Shown: positions 26,347 through 32,000 of the stretch, piece by piece
Layout: every line of letters begins with the position of its first letter
Numbering within the stretch: the first letter of the stretch is position 1
Assembly: GCA_048882505.1 (NCBI GenBank)
Contig: JBHLRO010000016.1
Span: forward strand, 1 to 32,000
Length of the DNA: 32,000 nucleotides
Direction: 5' to 3'
DNA from: Candidatus Thorarchaeota archaeon
GTDB lineage: Archaea > Asgardarchaeota > Heimdallarchaeia > Hodarchaeales > Hodarchaeaceae
The notes under the pieces: model-generated
The model's database searches: none
Seen by the model: only the letters and a program-made list of their open reading frames with translations
What the model was told of the DNA's origin: nothing
Program-made: the position numbers and the translations under genes

Positions 26347-29298
26347 TTAGAGCGTATTTTCAAGGTTGGAAAAATCAGGACGATAAATAAGGGGATTGTA
26401 TGTCTTTCGAAGGAATTTAGTTCGATCCATAGCATCACTGTAGTCTAAACTCTGTACCAAGCATGAACAGAGATGGTTAACATGGTATTTGTGTGCCTCA
26501 CTAAATGGCATCCACTGGTGGTTGTACCACAGCTTCCAGGGAAAAAGCTCCTTTTTGAGAAGATCTCTTCGGAGCCTTCGCAGTAAGTTTTCAGATGGAA
26601 CATAATAGGGGAGATAATTGTCATCATAGCGGACTTGAAACTCATAAGGCTGAATATTTCCCTGGGCAACCGCCTTACATAAGACAAGGCGGGACAGGAT
26701 TCGTCCCACCTCTTCCAAATCTAAATGTCCTGCTCGACCTGGGTTATCTGGGGTGGTATGGACAAACAAAGGGATGGTATAGAACCCTAATCCCTGTTTG
26801 GCATTCCAAATCCGAAGGCGATACCGCATGCTGCGATGGAGACTGGTCAGGGCTGCGTCATAGGCCGTATAGGCGCCCATAAAATCTAACCCGCGTTTTT
26901 CTTGTTTTTTGACGAGACGGGCAACCAACCGCCCATAAGGCCGCTGGATCAAGGAGGAAGTAGAGCCCCTGACTTGATGAGTCATTCGACGAATACCCTC
27001 CGCAAATGGACGGGAAAACCAGGCCTCAAATTGGGAAACGAAACGAAAACTTTGGTTTTTTAGGGGTTTGACCAGTTCTATTGTCAATCTATCCTCCAGG
27101 GTCGCCAATTTGGACGGACACAGGGGAAGCAGCCGATTCATCCACCTCAAATATCTGCGGCCTAGCTGTTCAACCCCAAACCTGATGGCCAGGCCTGCCA
27201 GATACCAGACCGCATTCATCTGGGAGATCAAGAGACCTTGGATATGTAGAGTGGTGAGGACTTGTCTCACTCCCCTTTGATCAACAGCGGCTTTGATCTC
27301 GTTCATTGGGGAGGAGGAAATTCCCTTTGTCGAAATATTCACTACACGTATCCCCCAGCGTTCGAGAGATTTACTAAGTCGCGGTTTTCCGACATTGTAC
27401 ACCGATTGGAGCTGGTGTAGGGGGTAAGTCTCGGGGTTTTTTTTACGGGGACGCTTGACAGAGAGGACCAAGCAGCGACCATAGGTTTGGATGTGGGCCT
27501 TGTCTCGTGGGGAAATTGTAATGTCAAATTGGCGATAATTGAATTTTACATTAGGATAACTGGCGGCCAGGTCTTCTAACCACCCGTTCCACTGTTCGGT
27601 ATCTATCAGGGTCACATCCCGACCCTTATACGGTTTTTGGTCAACAACTAAGGATCCCTTCTCATACCAAACGTCGGCCTTTTCGGAAATAACTACAACT
27701 CCTGGGGTTCGTTTAAGTATCCAAGACGGGGGATCGATGGTCGGATCATACACCTGCCCTAGAGGTAAAGAGAACTCAGGTTTGAAATGCAGGTCTTGTG
27801 TAGTTTCAATGCCGATCCAGCCTAAATCGTGAAGTAAGGCGGCTGTATTGGCTAAATGGAACCCATAAACGCCTATCTGTGCCAATAATCCAGTGAGAAA
27901 TGAGTACTGACTACTACATCTACAGACGACTGGCCTACCTTTGGTTGGGAGGTTAGGTAGAGGGGAGTGACAACGAATACAAACTGGAGTGGGAACCTGC
28001 GGAAGAACTAAAAAGACGGGGTGTGACGCTTGTGGGGACCAAAAGGGACAAGCTGGTTTCCGTGCGAAAATGGGTTTGACTCGTTCCGTAAATAGGGATT
28101 CTATATGATCGGGAATGGTAGTATACCCGAATTTCTGTAGATATTCTAATTTTTTGAAGAGCAGGCAGTCACATTTCGTGTATGTGGACCAATACTGGCA
28201 ACTACTGCAGGTCTGACGTAATAACTGGGCTTGACGAGCGAATCGAGAATAATAATTGTGGCAAGTCAGTTTAATGCTTAATACACGCCGTTTTTTCCGC
28301 CCTCGATACTTTTGAATAAAATCTACACGGAGATTGGCTTGGAGAAATTTAATAGTTTTGCGAGCGCTCCACTGAACCTTCGGAAGGCTTCGTAGGATAT
28401 CAGTGTCGTCAAGGAATTTCTGTTCTCGAGTGGTAAAACGGCACTTCATGATCCAGGTCACGGTACGGGTGTACTGGGAGACCTGGATGGATCCCTGGTT
28501 GGGATCGCCAGGGACTCGCAGACTTGACTGGCTAGCTGCCTCTAGAATGTCAAAATAGGGCCGCTCAAAACTTCCTGCCTGTCGGTCTAACGTCTCCAAG
28601 GGAACCAGCCAAAAATAAAGATCAGACAAGACTTTAGCCAACACCTCCCCTCGTCTGATTGATCGCGGTTCAGGGATCCGAAAAGACTTGAAACTCGGGA
28701 CTTGGATCAATCGATCTTCGCGTGGGCGCTGTCGTAACGGTCGTCCGAGATGACGTCGGATGTATTCTTCCTTGCGAGATTGATCGATAATGGGGCGGAC
28801 TTCATTTATGAGGGCGTCTTTGGTATCAGCTGAGTCAAATCCATGACAAATTGCCTCCAAAAAGACCTCCAAATGGGAGTTTGGGGTCGAGCTGCTCTGA
28901 CGATACCACTCGCTCACGGCCACCAACACCTGCTTAAGGGTTGAATCTGAAATCTGGTGGGTAGGAGGGCGTTCTAACAAGGGGGTAAGTGTGGGGTCAT
29001 CATAAAATATCTGAATGTATGAAACACAATTGAGGTCATAGGCCAACAGATATTGGCCGAGAACAGAGGTCTGATAGTACTTCCGTTTTAGTAGGCCTGT
29101 CAACTGAGCTAAAAGGATCAGTTCCTCCGTCAGAGGGGTATCGCTTGGAAACTTGCTTGGGGATACTGAAAGGGAAGCTATGAAGTCATCGCGTGTTTGC
29201 ATCCGATGCCCGCATTCTAAGATTGTACGGAGTTTACCTTCAACACCTTGATTGGGAGGTGAATCCTGAAAACGTATTAAATGTCGTTGTTTGGTCAA
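26347..29298 (-). CDS. cas1: Large, highly diverged Cas1-family integrase (Asgard aCas1-like) with N-terminal extension and Cys-rich region
   Basis: YPLHQLQSVYNVG...WGIRVVNISTKG (Cas1 beta domain); FEAWFSRPF (E758); YDAALTSLH...GLGFY...FVH (H847); DLEEVGR (E863); C-terminal YNPL. TTG start at 29298 (ATG at 29202 is an alternative). Confidence 0.82.
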   Translation of the reverse strand: MTKQRHLIRFQDSPPNQGVEGKLRTILECGHRMQTRDDFIASLSVSPSKFPSDTPLTEELILLAQLTGLLKRKYYQTSVLGQYLLAYDLNCVSYIQIFYDDPTLTPLLERPPTHQISDSTLKQVLVAVSEWYRQSSSTPNSHLEVFLEAICHGFDSADTKDALINEVRPIIDQSRKEEYIRRHLGRPLRQRPREDRLIQVPSFKSFRIPEPRSIRRGEVLAKVLSDLYFWLVPLETLDRQAGSFERPYFDILEAASQSSLRVPGDPNQGSIQVSQYTRTVTWIMKCRFTTREQKFLDDTDILRSLPKVQWSARKTIKFLQANLRVDFIQKYRGRKKRRVLSIKLTCHNYYSRFARQAQLLRQTCSSCQYWSTYTKCDCLLFKKLEYLQKFGYTTIPDHIESLFTERVKPIFARKPACPFWSPQASHPVFLVLPQVPTPVCIRCHSPLPNLPTKGRPVVCRCSSQYSFLTGLLAQIGVYGFHLANTAALLHDLGWIGIETTQDLHFKPEFSLPLGQVYDPTIDPPSWILKRTPGVVVISEKADVWYEKGSLVVDQKPYKGRDVTLIDTEQWNGWLEDLAASYPNVKFNYRQFDITISPRDKAHIQTYGRCLVLSVKRPRKKNPETYPLHQLQSVYNVGKPRLSKSLERWGIRVVNISTKGISSSPMNEIKAAVDQRGVRQVLTTLHIQGLLISQMNAVWYLAGLAIRFGVEQLGRRYLRWMNRLLPLCPSKLATLEDRLTIELVKPLKNQSFRFVSQFEAWFSRPFAEGIRRMTHQVRGSTSSLIQRPYGRLVARLVKKQEKRGLDFMGAYTAYDAALTSLHRSMRYRLRIWNAKQGLGFYTIPLFVHTTPDNPGRAGHLDLEEVGRILSRLVLCKAVAQGNIQPYEFQVRYDDNYLPYYVPSENLLRRLRRDLLKKELFPWKLWYNHQWMPFSEAHKYHVNHLCSCLVQSLDYSDAMDRTKFLRKTYNPLIYRPDFSNLENTL

Positions 29299-29334
29299 TA
29301 ATAGTTATTCCAGCGCTTTTTTTATCCTTTAAAC

Positions 29335-29356
29335 AGTTATATACTAATATATAACT
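29335..29356. promoter_or_regulatory. 9-4-9 inverted repeat forming back-to-back TATA-like boxes in the divergent promoter
   Basis: AGTTATATA-CTAA-TATATAACT in the 82-bp gap between the cas1-like gene and the nuclease ORF. Confidence 0.55.
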
Positions 29357-29380
29357 AGAAATACATGGAAGTAAATTTAT

Positions 29381-32000
29381 ATGAAGATAAAACACCGATT
29401 TTTAAATTTTGATAAAAATATTCCTGTAATCCAATCTTCTAAGACTTGGCAGGAGGTACATCTCACTCGTCTGTTTGAAGCGATAGGTATTCCGTTTGAA
29501 AATCAGCGATTATTCGAAGTAAGTTTAGCTAATGGAAAAACACAGCGATATGTTGTGGATTTTTGGTTATCACCAGGGGTGGTCTTGGAGTGTGCAACTA
29601 CTCAGATGCAAAAACATTACGTGCCTCTCCGAAAGAAATCACTAGAACTCGAGGTCAAAAGTGGACATCTCAAGAGACATGATCCCGATTTGGTAGTATG
29701 GGTTCTCCTAGAAAGTCAACAATCGATTTCTAATGCATTCTTTCTCAAATTACGTACATTGATGCCCTCTGTGGATCAATTATTCGTCTCCCGTCACACT
29801 CTGCGATTGGCAATAGAAGAAGGTCTACGTTGCCCCGCAGCGGGAAGTTTCTATCAATGTGTATTTGACCAAGCGATATGTGAGTACCTGAACCAGAATC
29901 TAGAAGTAACTGAACTAGATTTTCCAGATGATCAGATCCGACATTTTACTTGGTTGTGTAGTCACATTTACAGCAGATGGGCAATCAATCATAGAGCGAA
30001 GAAAGCCTTGGATGTCTATCTGCCAGAGAATGGGATAAAAAAGAGAAAAAGAAAGAACCCAATTTTTAAGAAAGATACACCCACCAAATCAAATAGCGTA
30101 AAGGATCTGATAAATCCCCCTCGTCAGAGAAAAAGGTTGGGAAGATTATCAATTGAAGATATTTATTCTGAACTTGAAAATTCTGGAAGATTCTCGGAGA
30201 AGGTCCTCAGAAAGATCATGGATTTACTGTTTAAATACAGGTCACATTACGTAAAAAACCAACCCGTATTTTGGGACAAAGTTTTCAAATCTCTAAGAAG
30301 TCTTGGTCAACGCACAGAGATTTTGAATATTGAGAGGGACGAAATCGTTGAACTAAGGGCAATAGCTAATGAATTAAGGAAGTTTACAAGTCAATTTTCT
30401 AAGCAGACTTGCGATAGAGATGAAATATCTATACAGACAGCTCGTCTTTTCTACGATTTTATTGATGGAAAAATCTCTCTTTTCAGTAGAATATTCAAGT
30501 CTGGATCATTATCAGATGAACATCAAGAATCAATGTATAGAGCACTTTGCGCAGAATTAACAGGAAATAAACCAGACAGTATGGTTACAAGGATATTAAA
30601 GGATAGATATGAATCTACTCTTCTGATAAGAGAAGGAATTACAATAATCCGTACCCACAAATTCTGTGATACGAAGACTCATCTAGGAATTGTAAGTGAG
30701 GTTTTGGATTTAGATGCAAATTATCCCGTCATTTCTGATGATTATGTTCCCCTAAGTAACACGATCCTAAGTCTCGACATTGCCGATTTAAACAGGCTAA
30801 TCACTCACATTGGTAAAATTGATTATCTGAAAAGTTTTACTTTACACGTAATAGACGAAACAGGGAATTTTAGTTCATCCACATTGCCTGAGAAATTTAT
30901 TGGTAAAATAACCAAACATCTAGGTAAATTGACGGGCTTAAAAGATGAAGAATTATATCAGTGGTTTATCGACCTTTTTGCGGATGAAAGAACTTTTTAT
31001 TTTGATAACTTCGGTGATGCTAATTGGTTTAGGCAAGCTAGAAAATCGAATGAGTTATTAAGGCTCTATACGCAGCTTTATGAGACATTTGTAAAATTTC
31101 ATTACACTGAAACACCAAATAACGATCAAATCTTGATTAAGAAGGTCAGGAATACACTTAATAGATTCTTTGAAAATGCCGAGTCATTCAAACTATTTTC
31201 CTCCAATACCAAAACTCTAAGAGGTATATCTAATGATTACTGGCTTAACTGCCTTAAATCCATCAGCCAAGATGAACTGGGATATATCCTTCATTTTGAT
31301 TTTAAGGAGTTGCAGGAAAGAACTTCTTTAGAGCAAGTAAGGAACGGAAAAAGGGGATTTTTCAACAGATTAAGGTACAAACACACCACACGTAGTGAAA
31401 TTTATCCCGATCAATGGGAGGGTGTCATTTATGATAATATGGGGAAATTGGTAGGTGAATCATACCATAAATCCCAAAAATATGACTTTCGGATAAGAAA
31501 AGAAATCAGGTTCTGGAATAACACATTTCGAGAGAAGATCCTAAATGACCTCAAAAACATGGCTAGAATTAATTTCAAAAGATTTCCACGTTATCTTGAT
31601 AAAAACACGGAATTTGGGAGGTATTTAGTAAACATTTGGCTGGAGGCCGGATATCTAAGACCTGCAGAGTATCTGGAATCTCTCGTTACTCCACAGAATA
31701 ATCCTTTAAACTTATTAAAGGAAAAAAGGGTCAAATTTCGGGTAATTAAAGCTGAAAACATCCTTCTCAATGATTACGTTCTTAAGAATCCTTCATTTGA
31801 GTTAAACCAGTTTGTCCAGAGTTTTAACAATGACTATTTAATCAAGAAGAGTATTCAGAGTGATAGCATTGTCGAAGAAGTTATTGAAAAAGGGCTTCCA
31901 TATAAGTACTTGAGTGCGAGTACAAAAAGGCAAGTTCCAATTCCTAGACTATCGAAACGCCACGGAATTGCCTATGCAAATATCTTTAACGAAACCGAAA
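29381..32000 (+). CDS. Large protein (>873 aa, 3'-truncated by the window) with N-terminal PD-(D/E)xK / DUF559-Vsr-like nuclease domain; not in the ORF track
   Basis: Manual translation from ATG 29381 (MKIKHRFLNF...) has no stop through 32000. Motif QE25VHL...GIPFENQ...YVVD60FWL...VLE70C; KKRKRK linker at 30038-30055. Confidence 0.85.
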   Translation, partial: MKIKHRFLNFDKNIPVIQSSKTWQEVHLTRLFEAIGIPFENQRLFEVSLANGKTQRYVVDFWLSPGVVLECATTQMQKHYVPLRKKSLELEVKSGHLKRHDPDLVVWVLLESQQSISNAFFLKLRTLMPSVDQLFVSRHTLRLAIEEGLRCPAAGSFYQCVFDQAICEYLNQNLEVTELDFPDDQIRHFTWLCSHIYSRWAINHRAKKALDVYLPENGIKKRKRKNPIFKKDTPTKSNSVKDLINPPRQRKRLGRLSIEDIYSELENSGRFSEKVLRKIMDLLFKYRSHYVKNQPVFWDKVFKSLRSLGQRTEILNIERDEIVELRAIANELRKFTSQFSKQTCDRDEISIQTARLFYDFIDGKISLFSRIFKSGSLSDEHQESMYRALCAELTGNKPDSMVTRILKDRYESTLLIREGITIIRTHKFCDTKTHLGIVSEVLDLDANYPVISDDYVPLSNTILSLDIADLNRLITHIGKIDYLKSFTLHVIDETGNFSSSTLPEKFIGKITKHLGKLTGLKDEELYQWFIDLFADERTFYFDNFGDANWFRQARKSNELLRLYTQLYETFVKFHYTETPNNDQILIKKVRNTLNRFFENAESFKLFSSNTKTLRGISNDYWLNCLKSISQDELGYILHFDFKELQERTSLEQVRNGKRGFFNRLRYKHTTRSEIYPDQWEGVIYDNMGKLVGESYHKSQKYDFRIRKEIRFWNNTFREKILNDLKNMARINFKRFPRYLDKNTEFGRYLVNIWLEAGYLRPAEYLESLVTPQNNPLNLLKEKRVKFRVIKAENILLNDYVLKNPSFELNQFVQSFNNDYLIKKSIQSDSIVEEVIEKGLPYKYLSASTKRQVPIPRLSKRHGIAYANIFNETE

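Noticed and set aside
200-27527. Other short ORF-track entries nested in or antisense to the called genes (e.g. 2450-2845, 4229-4663, 15381-15716, 16303-16692, 16779-17177, 26595-26882)
   Set aside because: Shadow ORFs of well-supported genes with no independent motifs.
29365-29412. Upstream ATG at 29365 as the start of the nuclease ORF
   Set aside because: Different frame; it hits TGA after 15 codons.

Overview
Archaeal chromosomal DNA, most likely from an Asgard (Heimdallarchaeia-like) genome. This is inferred from a eukaryote-type two-domain Rpo5/RPB5 and from OST48/Wbp1 and OSTC/Ost3-6 homologues. The left third (1-10.6 kb) is core genome: a PLP-dependent acyl-CoA transferase, UDG4, a TFS-like factor, a PUA/PAPS-reductase protein, rpo5, two OST subunits, rps7, rps10, rpl12, an HTH regulator and two multi-intron tRNAs. 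These are tRNA-Ser(UGA) with three BHB introns, one at the unusual 8/9 position, and tRNA-Ala(CGC) with two. At about 10.63-10.71 kb a tRNA 3' part with no matching 5' acceptor strand marks the switch to an accessory region. That region holds an AAA_14/DUF4143 ATPase, a solo TnpB with a rearranged RuvC site, a YprA/Hrq1-like helicase plus metallophosphoesterase pair, and an AT-rich wHTH + secreted protein + FtsX/MacB-type ABC module. The standout is a 983-aa, highly diverged Cas1-family protein with an apparently intact E/H/E triad, a Cys-rich region and a possibly duplicated N-terminal beta-domain. It is transcribed divergently from a >873-aa ORF with an N-terminal PD-(D/E)xK-type nuclease domain, which is absent from the ORF track because it runs off the window end. 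No CRISPR array or other cas genes are visible, so this pair is a candidate Cas1-based mobile element or non-CRISPR defence module. All assignments come from reading motifs by eye; no database searches were run.
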